In this document: piece after piece, positions 27,469-36,958 of the stretch
Layout: the number at the start of each line of letters is the position of its first letter
Position numbering within the stretch: the first letter of the stretch is position 1
Assembly: GCA_039588275.1 (NCBI GenBank)
Contig: JBDHAC010000055.1
Location: forward strand, 1-38,217
From: Gemmatimonadota bacterium
GTDB lineage: Bacteria; Gemmatimonadota; Gemmatimonadetes; Palauibacterales; Palauibacteraceae
DNA length: 38,217 nt
Reading direction: 5' to 3'
Program-made: the position numbers and the translations under genes
The notes under the pieces: model-generated
What the model saw: only the letters and a program-made list of their open reading frames with translations
The model's database searches: none
Told to the model about the DNA's origin: nothing

Positions 27469-28281
27469 ATGAACGGCATGCAGCAGGCTCGGGCCGCCAG
27501 CATCGCAGCGGGGAGCGCCACGCTCGTCGCGAGCGGGCCAGTCCTTTCAGAGCCTGCCCTCGCCCTGCTCGGGGCGGTGGCCGGCCTCATCCTCCTCTTG
27601 GGCCTGGACGGGCGGCCGCGCCCACACCTCGCGGTCGCCGCAAGCGTGCGCGGCCGATCGCCCGAGACCCGCCACAGCACGGTATTTCTACGCGAGGGTG
27701 GCGCCGAATCCGGCGGTGATGCGGGGCCCGATCCAGTCTCGCAAAACGGGCGTCCGGGAGCCGAGGACGAGAACGCGGAGCCGGCAGAGCCAGCGGAGGA
27801 CACCGAACACTCGGCCGCGCTCTCGTACGAAGAGTTCACGGCCCGGGTGGAGGAGGAGGCGGAGGCCGAGGAGATCTCGTTCCTGCCCCCCTACGCCAGC
27901 GGAGGCGAAGAGACGGCGCAAGTCAATGTGGGAGCCGGCAACGAACCCTGGGATATCGACGACGTCGACGACTCTGAAGACGCGGCTGGAGGCTCGCGGA
28001 GCAAGATGCCAATGCCTCGGCATTTTGCACTCGGTACCGTCGCGGTGATCCGCAAGCTGTTGGAGCCCGAGGATGTCGAGCGAATCCTCGCCGAACAACG
28101 GCGGTATCCCCGGCTTCGGTTCGGCGACATCGCGGTGCAGCTCGGCCTGCTGACCGAGCCACAGCTTCAGGAAGTTCTGCTCGCGCAGCAGCAGGGAGTG
28201 TTCACCGACGCCGAGATTCGCGATGCGCGGAACCGCATGAGGTCGTTCCGAGAACAGACCGGCGCGGCCGGCAAGCGGTAG
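27469..28281 (+). CDS. TM-anchored protein with acidic linker and C-terminal tandem MshEN-like motifs
   Basis: TM ALALLGAVAGLILLLGL; ALGTVAVIRKLLEPEDVERILAEQ then RFGDIAVQLGLLTEPQLQEVLLAQ; start uncertain (27406/27469/27478). Confidence 0.65.
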   Translation: MNGMQQARAASIAAGSATLVASGPVLSEPALALLGAVAGLILLLGLDGRPRPHLAVAASVRGRSPETRHSTVFLREGGAESGGDAGPDPVSQNGRPGAEDENAEPAEPAEDTEHSAALSYEEFTARVEEEAEAEEISFLPPYASGGEETAQVNVGAGNEPWDIDDVDDSEDAAGGSRSKMPMPRHFALGTVAVIRKLLEPEDVERILAEQRRYPRLRFGDIAVQLGLLTEPQLQEVLLAQQQGVFTDAEIRDARNRMRSFREQTGAAGKR

Positions 28282-28327
28282 TCGACCGACAGACCCGGCC
28301 CGGCTGGACGGCTGACCTTCGTTCCGG

Positions 28328-30055
28328 TCACCCGGCTCCGGCGCTGACTCTCCTTCGCGCGAACATGTACGGCAGAACCGTAACGACAGCCGTCAGCGCG
28401 ATTGTGACAACCAGGGCCGAGCCGATCTCCCAGCTCGTGGGATCTCGAGCGATGCGTCCCGGCAAGCCGCTCCATACGTAGGCCCGCAGCGTCCAGAACT
28501 GGGTCGCGAGCACGACGGTCAAGGTCACCAGCGCTCCCAGCATGAACAGCATTCCACCCAGAGAGGTCGGAATCTGGGCCGCGTTGCCGGTCTCGAACTT
28601 GGGCATCGCGATTCCCCATGCCAGCGCCTGCGAGACCAGCGCCAACGTCAGGCACACGATCGTCACGATCGACAACGCCATCAGACCCGGCTGCACGCCC
28701 AGGATCCGGTTCGTGAGTACAGTGAGCGCCAGGGCGAGGACGAGCAGCGGCACGGCACCGGACCAGTACTTCGACCAGATGAACATCGTCGGTCGCAGCG
28801 GTGACGAGCGAAGAAGCCACAGCGTCCGACCTTCGAGGCTGTAGGCCGGGAACACGAAGCGGGCCGCGATCGCGGCCAGGATGAAGCCGGCGAGGGCGAG
28901 GTTCAGGAACACCACCATCGACACCAGGAACCGGCTCAACACTTCGCTCGACCGGATGGGCAGTACACGGATGTTATAGACGTAGACGAACAGCAGCACG
29001 CCCAGCACGAGAAGCTGGGACCACTGCGTCGCGTCCCGAAAGAAGATCCGCGCATCCTTGAGCACCAGCTCCCGCCGTCCGAGGCCCAGCGGCCTCAGAC
29101 AGCGACCGGCGACCCGCCACACACGACCACGCCGGACGTTGGACTCCGCTCCCTCCTGCGCCTTCGTGAAGCCCTTCGGGTACAGACGCCTGTGGAGCCA
29201 GGCACCGATCACGACCGTCGCTGCCGCCGTGCTCCACAGCAGCCAGAGCCAGAACGGGTCGAGGCGCCCATCCAGGTAGCCGACCATCGTCTGCGCCGCC
29301 CATTCGGATGGGAGCCAGGGCGAAGACGGAGTGCGGAGCACCTCCAGGAAGTCCACGAGATTCCTGAACCCTTCCGGGTTGACCAACCGCTCGGGGCGCA
29401 GGAGTCGCAGTCCCACCACCAGGAGCGTGCCGGCCACGACGGACACGAGGCCAAGGATGTCCCGCGTGCGTCGGGCGGGGAATACCCTGACCAGCAACAG
29501 CGTGAGGGCGCTCCCGAGGGCGGCCGGTATCAGGAGATATGGAACGATCGTGGCGACGGCGAGCCCGTAGAAGAGTAAGTCACCACCGTACACCGATTGG
29601 TACGCGGCGAGCACCGGCACCAGCATCATGAGCACCATCCAGGAGGAGCTCACGAGCGTCTCGGTCAACCTCGCCCCGTACAGACCCAGCCAGTCCACGG
29701 GCGCGCCCATGATCGAGCCGAGGTCCTTCGCGAGGAAATAGGAGGACAGGGCGGCGATCAGGTTCGAAAGGAGGAGGATCCCGAGGAACAGCAGCAAGGC
29801 GAGGCCGAGCAGCTTCGACGCGAGCAGCGGACCGACCTCGGGAACGTCCCGCAGCGTGCGCAGCAGGCGCGAGCTCACGATGAACAGGAAAGCGAACGCG
29901 GCCGCTGAGGCCAGCACGACGGCCGGAATCCGGCCGCCGACAGTCCGCCCGGTGGAGCTACGTCCGAGCGCGCCCAGAGCCTTCGGCTTCAGGAGGCGCG
30001 GAATTACCCGCAGGGGGGTGACCGGTCCCGAGTCGGGGAACGTATGCGCGGTCAA
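28328..30055 (-). CDS. Putative ABC exporter permease
   Basis: More than 10 TM segments, KDARIFFRD..QWSQ, SLEGRTLWLLRSSP..SKY motifs; follows the ABC ATPase. Confidence 0.88.
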   Translation of the reverse strand: MTAHTFPDSGPVTPLRVIPRLLKPKALGALGRSSTGRTVGGRIPAVVLASAAAFAFLFIVSSRLLRTLRDVPEVGPLLASKLLGLALLLFLGILLLSNLIAALSSYFLAKDLGSIMGAPVDWLGLYGARLTETLVSSSWMVLMMLVPVLAAYQSVYGGDLLFYGLAVATIVPYLLIPAALGSALTLLLVRVFPARRTRDILGLVSVVAGTLLVVGLRLLRPERLVNPEGFRNLVDFLEVLRTPSSPWLPSEWAAQTMVGYLDGRLDPFWLWLLWSTAAATVVIGAWLHRRLYPKGFTKAQEGAESNVRRGRVWRVAGRCLRPLGLGRRELVLKDARIFFRDATQWSQLLVLGVLLFVYVYNIRVLPIRSSEVLSRFLVSMVVFLNLALAGFILAAIAARFVFPAYSLEGRTLWLLRSSPLRPTMFIWSKYWSGAVPLLVLALALTVLTNRILGVQPGLMALSIVTIVCLTLALVSQALAWGIAMPKFETGNAAQIPTSLGGMLFMLGALVTLTVVLATQFWTLRAYVWSGLPGRIARDPTSWEIGSALVVTIALTAVVTVLPYMFARRRVSAGAG

Positions 30056-30058
30056 AGG

Positions 30059-30817
30059 TCAGCCAGCGAGAACGGCCAGAAGCTCGCGCTCCGATGCGCC
30101 GCCCGTGAGTCTCAGGAAGATCTCCTCCAGGCCGCTGCCCTCGGATTCCGCCTGAGCTCGGAGCTCGTCCATCGTGCCCTCGGCCACGATCCGCCCGGTC
30201 TGGATCACCGCCATTCGGTCACACAGAACCTCGGCGAACTCGAGCGTGTGGGTGGACACGAGGGCTGTACCGCCGTTGTTGGCGAACGTCCGCAGGAGGT
30301 CTTTCAGCAGGCGCGCGGCGCGCGGGTCCAGACCGACCATCGGCTCGTCGATCACGAGCACCGAAGGACGGTGCACCAATGCCGCGGAAATGATCAGCTT
30401 CTGCCTCATCCCGTGGCTGTAGGCCTCGACGAGCTCGTCCGCCCAGCGCTCCAGATCCCAGAGCCCCAGCAGCTCGCGGATGCGCGCCTCGACCTCCTCG
30501 CCCTGCTGCCCGTACAGCCCGGCCACGAATCTGAGGAGCTCGGCGCCGGTCAGCTTCTCGTACACGAACGGGCGATCCGGAATGAACCCGAGCTGCTGCT
30601 TCGCGCGGTACGGTTCCTCGACCACGTCGAACCCTTCGATCAGCGCGCGGCCCCCATCGGGCTGCAGGATTCCGGCGATCATGCGCAACGTCGTGGTCTT
30701 CCCCGCTCCGTTCGGCCCGAGGAGGCCATACAGGCTGCCCGGCGGGACCTCCAGGTCGATCTCATCCACGGCCGTGAATGACCCGTACCGTTTCGTGAGT
30801 CGCTCGAGTTGAATCAT
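30059..30817 (-). CDS. ABC transporter ATP-binding protein
   Basis: Walker A GPNGAGKTT, signature YSHGMRQK, Walker B VIDEPMVGLDP, H-loop STH. Confidence 0.96.
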   Translation of the reverse strand: MIQLERLTKRYGSFTAVDEIDLEVPPGSLYGLLGPNGAGKTTTLRMIAGILQPDGGRALIEGFDVVEEPYRAKQQLGFIPDRPFVYEKLTGAELLRFVAGLYGQQGEEVEARIRELLGLWDLERWADELVEAYSHGMRQKLIISAALVHRPSVLVIDEPMVGLDPRAARLLKDLLRTFANNGGTALVSTHTLEFAEVLCDRMAVIQTGRIVAEGTMDELRAQAESEGSGLEEIFLRLTGGASERELLAVLAG

Positions 30818-31671
30818 TGCTTCGGTCCTCGTTCGGAGCGTCCACGCAGCTCGTCGGGCACGCTGTCGCCGAAGAACGCGAACTCGAACGCCGTCCGCTC
30901 GAGCCGTAGCCCCCCGGGCGCTTCCGCAATCAGCAAGCGCCCGTCCTCATCCACCCAGGACCGAAGCCTGATCCCCGCCACCTCCTGCTCGATCCACCAC
31001 GCGCTCACCGTATCCTCGCGCGCCGATACCCACAGGCCGTCCACCGCCGTCACGCTGTCCGAAAACGTCTTCCGCTCTTGGGCCAGCACGGTGAGGTCCA
31101 CGAGTCGGGTGGTCGACGCGAGCGGGTCGAACATGTTCAGGCGGAGTTGGTCGCCTGGCTGGAGGTCGCGCTGGGCGGCGATTCGGAGCGGCCAGGCCGC
31201 GTTGAGAACCATGGGCTCATCGAGCGGCAAGCTGGTCTCACGCCCCGACTCGTCGTCCAGGATCCTGATGTCGAGGGCGGAATCGCCACGGACTTCGCCT
31301 TCCACCTGGTGCACACCGGGAATGCCGGCGACCTGGACGCGGAACGTCTGGAGAGTCAGCGTCGGGCCCAGACGCGCCTCGACCGTCATGTTTAGCGGGT
31401 CGCCTCCCGGGACGAGCGCCTCACGGATCTCGAGGCGGTCGCGGAGGATGAAACCGCTGGCCGAGGGCAGAGTGTCTACATCTGTCTGCGCCCAGCCGAT
31501 GCGGCGATCTCCCTGAAAGACGGCATAATAGGCGACCCCCGGGGGGATGGTGCGGGCGGCTTCGGCCAGGAGCGTCGCCAATGGCCGAAAGTAGAGCCGT
31601 TTGACGTGCCACCCCAGCGTCCCGCCCCAAACGAGCAGCACCGCAAGCGCCAGCCAACGACGTCGGACCAT
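30814..31671 (-). CDS. Hypothetical exported/membrane-anchored beta-rich protein coupled to the ABC exporter
   Basis: GGAGG RBS and ATG 31671, N-terminal TM helix, FDPL and WVDEDGRL motifs; ATGA overlap with the ATPase. Confidence 0.75.
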   Translation of the reverse strand: MVRRRWLALAVLLVWGGTLGWHVKRLYFRPLATLLAEAARTIPPGVAYYAVFQGDRRIGWAQTDVDTLPSASGFILRDRLEIREALVPGGDPLNMTVEARLGPTLTLQTFRVQVAGIPGVHQVEGEVRGDSALDIRILDDESGRETSLPLDEPMVLNAAWPLRIAAQRDLQPGDQLRLNMFDPLASTTRLVDLTVLAQERKTFSDSVTAVDGLWVSAREDTVSAWWIEQEVAGIRLRSWVDEDGRLLIAEAPGGLRLERTAFEFAFFGDSVPDELRGRSERGPKQ

Positions 31672-31752
31672 CCGACCTCCGCCCTCCGGGACACAGAGTC
31701 GTCGATATTCACGGTCTCGCGGCCTCGGCACGGAGGGCCACGATCGGGGAGT

Positions 31753-32361
31753 TTACTGCTCAAGTCGTGCCACAGCGGCCAGATACGCCTCCTCGGTATC
31801 CACGTCGATGGGAGCGTCCTCGTCCAGACGGACCTGACGCGCCGGGCCACCCGGGCCGAAGAGCCGATCCTGCAGCCCTCGATCCCCTTCCAGTTCCTCC
31901 AGCGACTCGAGAACCGCCCTCGCGATCAGGACCGGGTGGCCTGGGCGGTCACGATATAGCGCCCGGACGGCATCGGCGCCGGAATCCCGCCATTCCTGCA
32001 CGATGCGCGAGATGTTGAGCGAGGACATCCCGGGCTCATCGGCGAGAAGTACCGCGACCGCATCCACGGTCGAGTCGTCGCGGAGGGCGCGCAGGCCCAG
32101 GCCGAGGGAGGTGGCCAGACCTTCCCGGTAATCCGGGTTCTCGAGGACGCGTACGGGAAGGTCGCCCAGCGCCTCTCTCACCTCACCCGAGCGGTGCCCG
32201 ACCACAACCACGATCGGGTCCAGTCCGGCGTCCGCGGCGGCCTGAATCGGGAAACGAACGAGGGGCTCGCCGGCGATCGGTCGCAGGAGCTTGTGGCCGC
32301 TTACCATCCGCGAGGACTCACCGGCGGCGAGCACGAGCGCCGCGACGCCCCGTGAACGCAT
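31753..32361 (-). CDS. mocA: Molybdenum cofactor nucleotidyltransferase (MocA/YgfJ family)
   Basis: LAAGESSRM..KLL, NPDYREGLATSL, LADEP, GHPVL, GDRG, DVDT; coupled to xdhC. Confidence 0.85.
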   Translation of the reverse strand: MRSRGVAALVLAAGESSRMVSGHKLLRPIAGEPLVRFPIQAAADAGLDPIVVVVGHRSGEVREALGDLPVRVLENPDYREGLATSLGLGLRALRDDSTVDAVAVLLADEPGMSSLNISRIVQEWRDSGADAVRALYRDRPGHPVLIARAVLESLEELEGDRGLQDRLFGPGGPARQVRLDEDAPIDVDTEEAYLAAVARLEQ

Positions 32362-33440
32362 CAGACCCCGTGGCGAACCGCGATCATTTCGGCAAGGATC
32401 GAGAGCGCGATCTCGGCGGGGGTGTCGGCGCCGATGTCCAGGCCCACTGGGCCGCGGATGCGGTTCACGTCTCCTGGATCGAGACCGAGCTCGGCGAGCG
32501 CTTCGCGTCTGAGTCGTTGGGTTCGGCGACCCCCGAGCAACCCGACGTAGAGGGATCCGGCCTGTAGCGCCGCGGCCAGAGCGGGGACATCGAGCTTCTC
32601 ATCGTGGGTGAGGACCACGACGCTCAGATAGCGGTCCAGCCGGACGTCCTCCAACCCCTCATCGGGCCATTTGGCGATCACCTTGTCCGCATCGGGAAAC
32701 CGTGCCGCCCGCATGAACGCCTCTCGCGGGTCGACGATCGAGACTCGATAGCCGAGCCCTGACGCGAGGCGACAGAGCTCCTCCGCGATGGGCGTCGCTC
32801 CGACGATCGCGAGCCTGGGGGGAGGGAGAAACGCTTCCGCGAAGCACTCCAGCGAAGCCGACTGCTCGCTTGCGTCCGTCGAATCCGTTCCGAGCAGCGC
32901 CCCATCCAGCTCCAGCAGCGTCGCGCCACCGTGGTCGAAAAGGGCTCGAACGGCGTCTACGGCAACGCCGTCGAGATCGGAGGATCCGAGGGTCCCCTCG
33001 CGCTCTCCCTCGCGACGGACCAGGAGGCACCTCGAACGAATCGGCTCCGACACGCCGGTGATCAGCACGGCCGGCTCACCGCTGGCTACAGCGGCGCCGG
33101 CGGCGTGCCACGCCGGGTCGTCGGGGTCGTGCGGTGCGAGGAGGACCTCGATCTCGCCACCGCAGGACAACCCCACCTCGGCCGCCATCTCGTCCGAGAT
33201 CCCGTATTGGACCACCGCGGGTGGCGCGCCATCCAGGATCCGCTGAAGGTGCTCGTGCAGGTCACCCTCGACGCACCCGCTCGAGACGGAGCCGGCGAGA
33301 TCACCCCCCTCGGAGACGGCGAACCTGGCGCCGGGGGGGCGGGGCGCGGAGCGGCGAACCCGGATCAAGGTGGCGAGCGCGGCGCGGCGGCGCTCGCGCG
33401 TCCACTCCGCCAGCGGCGCGTGGACTTCGCGAAGGCTCAT
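32361..33440 (-). CDS. xdhC: XdhC/CoxF family molybdoenzyme maturation factor
   Basis: SAPRPPGA, GSVSSGCVE, GLSCGG, VDPR, LTHDEKLD, YVGLLG, GPVGLDIGADTPAEIALSILAE. Confidence 0.92.
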   Translation of the reverse strand: MSLREVHAPLAEWTRERRRAALATLIRVRRSAPRPPGARFAVSEGGDLAGSVSSGCVEGDLHEHLQRILDGAPPAVVQYGISDEMAAEVGLSCGGEIEVLLAPHDPDDPAWHAAGAAVASGEPAVLITGVSEPIRSRCLLVRREGEREGTLGSSDLDGVAVDAVRALFDHGGATLLELDGALLGTDSTDASEQSASLECFAEAFLPPPRLAIVGATPIAEELCRLASGLGYRVSIVDPREAFMRAARFPDADKVIAKWPDEGLEDVRLDRYLSVVVLTHDEKLDVPALAAALQAGSLYVGLLGGRRTQRLRREALAELGLDPGDVNRIRGPVGLDIGADTPAEIALSILAEMIAVRHGV

Positions 33441-33490
33441 TTGCAGATGCGGCTCACGAGCACCGGCATACCCAACCTCCGGGCGTCCTG

Positions 33491-34474
33491 CTAACCCTCT
33501 TGCCGGACGCGCTCGATCTCTTCGCTCAGTCGGGGCAGGACCTCGAACAGGTCTCCCACCAGGCCGTAATCGGCGACGCTGAAGATGGGCGCCTCGGGGT
33601 CCTTGTTCACGGCAACGATGACTTTGGCGGTTCGCATCCCGGCCAGGTGCTGAATCGCGCCGCTGATTCCGACCGCGAAGTAGAGGTTGGGAGACACCGT
33701 CTTCCCCGTCTGCCCGACCTGCTCCGAGTGCGGGCGCCAGCCCGCGTCCACCACGGCGCGGCTCGCCCCGAGCGTAGCCTCCGCCCCCAGGGCGCCGACG
33801 AGATCTTCCAGCAGGCTCCAGTTGGCCGGATCCTGCATTCCTCGTCCGCCCGAGACGATGATGCTCGCCTCCGACACGTCGAGCGCCTCTTGCTCGCCGT
33901 GCTCGATGCCGCGCACGCGTATGCGGCCGGGCTCATCGGGGACATTCAGGTGCTCCACCTCTCCGCGACCGTCGCGCTTCTCGGGCGCGAACACGTTCGG
34001 CCGAAGGCTGATGAGAGCCGGTGATTCGGTAAAGCGAAGCGTCGCGAGCGCCTTGCCTGCGTACATGGGTCGCCGTACGACTAGCTTTCCATCCGAGACT
34101 TCCCAGGCGACGATCTCGGTCGCGAGCCCGCAATCGAGTCGCGCCGCCACGCGTGGTGCCAGGTCCTTCCCCTGCGCGCTGGCCACGAACACGATCGCGT
34201 CGTACCCACCGGAGTCCTGCACCCCGGCGATGGTCCCGACCGCCGCCTCGGGAGCGTAGTTCTGGAGGTGCCCGGACTCTCCGACGAAGATCCTGTCGGC
34301 CCCGAAGCCGGCGAGCTCATTCGCCGCTTCCGCGATTCCCGATCCGCCGAGCGCCAGGGCATGCACCTCACCGCCGAGCGCGTCGGCCATCGCGCGCGCC
34401 GTCGAAACGGCCTCGCGAGCCGCCTTCCCGAGCTTCCCGTCGCGTGCCTCCGCGTAGGCGAGAATATCGGCCAT
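33491..34474 (-). CDS. etfA: Electron transfer flavoprotein alpha subunit
   Basis: RPMYAGK, IVSGGRG, GASRAVVDAGW, QVGQTGKTV, GISGAIQHLAGM, NKDPEAPIF. Confidence 0.96.
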   Translation of the reverse strand: MADILAYAEARDGKLGKAAREAVSTARAMADALGGEVHALALGGSGIAEAANELAGFGADRIFVGESGHLQNYAPEAAVGTIAGVQDSGGYDAIVFVASAQGKDLAPRVAARLDCGLATEIVAWEVSDGKLVVRRPMYAGKALATLRFTESPALISLRPNVFAPEKRDGRGEVEHLNVPDEPGRIRVRGIEHGEQEALDVSEASIIVSGGRGMQDPANWSLLEDLVGALGAEATLGASRAVVDAGWRPHSEQVGQTGKTVSPNLYFAVGISGAIQHLAGMRTAKVIVAVNKDPEAPIFSVADYGLVGDLFEVLPRLSEEIERVRQEG

Positions 34475-35220
34475 CAGAGCACCTTCGCTTCCTCACGGAG
34501 CAGGCGCACGAGCTCCGTTACGGCGTCAGGGCCTTCCCCCACGATCTGCCCGACCGACGGTTGCGGTGGCTCTTCGAGGGACACGAGCTCGAGCTTGGCG
34601 GGCTTCAGAGAGACTTCTTTCTCTTCCAGCGGTTTCTTCTTCGCCGCCATGATCCCCTTGAGGCTCGGATAGCGCGGCTCGTTCAGACCCTTCTGGGCGG
34701 CGATTACCCCGGGCAGCTCGAACTCGACCATCTCGTGCCCACCCTCGACCTCGCGGGTGACCACCGCGTTTCGGCCCTCCACCTCGAGATCCACGACCAC
34801 CGTTACGCAGGGCAGCTCCAGCAACTCGGCCACCATCTGCGGCACCTGCATGTTGTCGTCGTCGATCGCCTGCTTGCCGAACAACACCAGATCGTAATCG
34901 CGATCGCGTACCTCGTCCGCCAACGCGCGAGCTACGGCGAGCCCGTCGTGCGAGCCCTCGCTCCTGATGAGCACGGCTTCATCCGCCCCCATCGCCAACG
35001 CGGTGCGAAGTGTCTCTGCGGCCTCGGGTGGCCCGAGCGCGATCGCCGTTACGGTGCCGTGCCCCCTCTCCCTGAGTTGAAACGCCTCCTCGAGGGCGTG
35101 CTCGTCGTACGGGTTGAGCACGAATTTCACCCCGGCCGGGTCCAGTCCGGTGCCATTCGAGCCGACCCGGACACGTGTGGCCGAGTCGGGCACTCGTTTG
35201 ATGCAAACGATGGTGTTCAA
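34474..35220 (-). CDS. etfB: Electron transfer flavoprotein beta subunit
   Basis: VCIKRVPD, NPYDEHALEEA, ALAMGAD, GKQAIDDD, NEPRYPSLKGIMAAKKKP; TTG start. Confidence 0.96.
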   Translation of the reverse strand: MNTIVCIKRVPDSATRVRVGSNGTGLDPAGVKFVLNPYDEHALEEAFQLRERGHGTVTAIALGPPEAAETLRTALAMGADEAVLIRSEGSHDGLAVARALADEVRDRDYDLVLFGKQAIDDDNMQVPQMVAELLELPCVTVVVDLEVEGRNAVVTREVEGGHEMVEFELPGVIAAQKGLNEPRYPSLKGIMAAKKKPLEEKEVSLKPAKLELVSLEEPPQPSVGQIVGEGPDAVTELVRLLREEAKVL

Positions 35221-35269
35221 TGTGTCACTTCTCTGTGGTGAGTTCGGCGGACCGCGAGCGAGCGCGGCG

Positions 35270-35788
35270 TCAGCGGCTCTGGTAGGTCGCGATCTCGTCG
35301 TTCGTGAGCGAGCAAAGACGAAACGTTATCAGATCGATCAGCTCGTCCGTCACCGTGGTCTCGCGTCGGATGCGTTCCCTGTCCTCTGCATCCTCGGACC
35401 GTGTCCCCCGGAGCTCCACGAGTCGGGCGGCGAGCCACAGCAGGAAATCGTGCGCGACGTCTCGGTGCTCCCGGTCCCGATCGGGCTCACCGTTCGGCGC
35501 GCGCGGGAGCAACGCGTCGACGAGTGCCAGCAGGCCGGGGAAGACCATCTCGGTCAACTCGCCGTCACCCACCAGTTCCTCGTCGGTGATTTCCTCCCAA
35601 CTCAACTCGTTCCAGTACAGCTCGCACGCCTCTTCGAACAGGTGACGCCTCACCTCGGGGGTCGCCGGACGCAGCACGAGGTCCACGGCTGCCAGCGTCC
35701 GGCCGATCGCCTTGCCCAGGCCTCGTAGCCGCTCCTGGATGAGCGTGCGGGCGGCGAGCCCCACCTCCCCTTCGGGGAGTTCCGCCAT
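35270..35788 (-). CDS. Hypothetical acidic helical protein upstream of etfB
   Basis: Protein-like composition only from ATG 35788 (MAELPEGEV..ELYWNELSWE..); the longer ORF upstream is a shadow of the + strand gene. Confidence 0.7.
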   Translation of the reverse strand: MAELPEGEVGLAARTLIQERLRGLGKAIGRTLAAVDLVLRPATPEVRRHLFEEACELYWNELSWEEITDEELVGDGELTEMVFPGLLALVDALLPRAPNGEPDRDREHRDVAHDFLLWLAARLVELRGTRSEDAEDRERIRRETTVTDELIDLITFRLCSLTNDEIATYQSR

Positions 35789-35948
35789 ACCGGTCTTGAA
35801 CTGCGTTTCGTCAAACACGACGCGAAGATGCCATGCCCCCCGGCCGGGAACAAGACGTCGGCTGGCGTCGGCTCGCCAGCGGCGAACATGTTGCGAGCCG
35901 CAGCCCGCGTCAAAGCGCGCGACAGGTGGCACGAGAGGGGACGAACGC

Positions 35949-36908
35949 ATGGATCTACGCAAGCAGCGAGCGGCGATCGCCGTCGGCATCGGGGCGGGGT
36001 TCCTGTACGGGATCTTCGCGCGGCTGGCCTTCCTGAACACGCGGTTCGCGATTCCGTTCTCGTTGATGACGTACGGGTTCATCTTCGTCGTCCCGCTCGC
36101 CGTAGGGTATCTGACGGTCGCGCCGCTCGAATCGCCCGGCTGGCCCACGCGGATCTTCCTCCCCTGGCTCACGTCCGGTCTCCTCCTGGCTACGGCCGGG
36201 CTGGTGGGGTGGGAGGGGAGCATCTGCCTCGTGATGGCGACCCCCGCCGTGCTCGTCTCTTCCAGCGTCGGCGGCACCCTGGCGGGCGCCCTCGCCGAGA
36301 ACGCGAGGACCAGAAACGCGGGGGCGGTGGCCGTGCTGCTCCTGCCGTTCGCTCTGGGGCCCGTCGAAGACCGGCTCGGTGCGCCGCGGGCCGAGCGGGA
36401 AGTCCGCACACAGATCAAGATCGACGCACCTCGCGAAGCCGTGTGGGACGAGATCGTGGAGGTGCCGTTGATCCGGCCCGACGAGTTCCGACCCCGCATG
36501 GTGCACCGCATCGGCCTCCCCCATCCCCTGGCCGCCACGTTGCAGGGCTCCGGGGTGGGGGCGACTCGCGAAGCGACCTTCGCGCGCGGCGTGCGGTTCG
36601 TCGAGACGATCGATGAGTGGCAGGAGGGCACGTCGCTCGGGTTCACGATTCAGGTGGAAGCCGAATCCGCCTATGCGTTCGACGAGCACGTGACGATCGG
36701 GGGTGAGTACTTCGACGTGCTCGATGGACGGTATCGAATCGAAGTGCTCGAGACGGGGGGAGCCGTGCTTCACCTCGCCAGCCGATACCGGCTCTCGACC
36801 CGCTTCAACGTGTACGCGGCGCTGTGGGCCGATCACATCATGCGGAGCATCCAGGAGAGCATCCTGGAGGTTATCAAGTTACGGGCCGAACTTGCTGCTC
36901 GTAGTTAG
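35949..36908 (+). CDS. Membrane protein with C-terminal SRPBCC/START-like domain
   Basis: About 5 TM helices including WEGSICLVMA, then VRTQIKIDAPREAVW, GVGATREATF, FVETIDEW; GAGGGG RBS before ATG 35949. Confidence 0.82.
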   Translation: MDLRKQRAAIAVGIGAGFLYGIFARLAFLNTRFAIPFSLMTYGFIFVVPLAVGYLTVAPLESPGWPTRIFLPWLTSGLLLATAGLVGWEGSICLVMATPAVLVSSSVGGTLAGALAENARTRNAGAVAVLLLPFALGPVEDRLGAPRAEREVRTQIKIDAPREAVWDEIVEVPLIRPDEFRPRMVHRIGLPHPLAATLQGSGVGATREATFARGVRFVETIDEWQEGTSLGFTIQVEAESAYAFDEHVTIGGEYFDVLDGRYRIEVLETGGAVLHLASRYRLSTRFNVYAALWADHIMRSIQESILEVIKLRAELAARS

Positions 36909-36958
36909 CCCGTGACCGGCGCATCCCTCGATCTGTCCCTGAGCATGGGAGGCTGACC

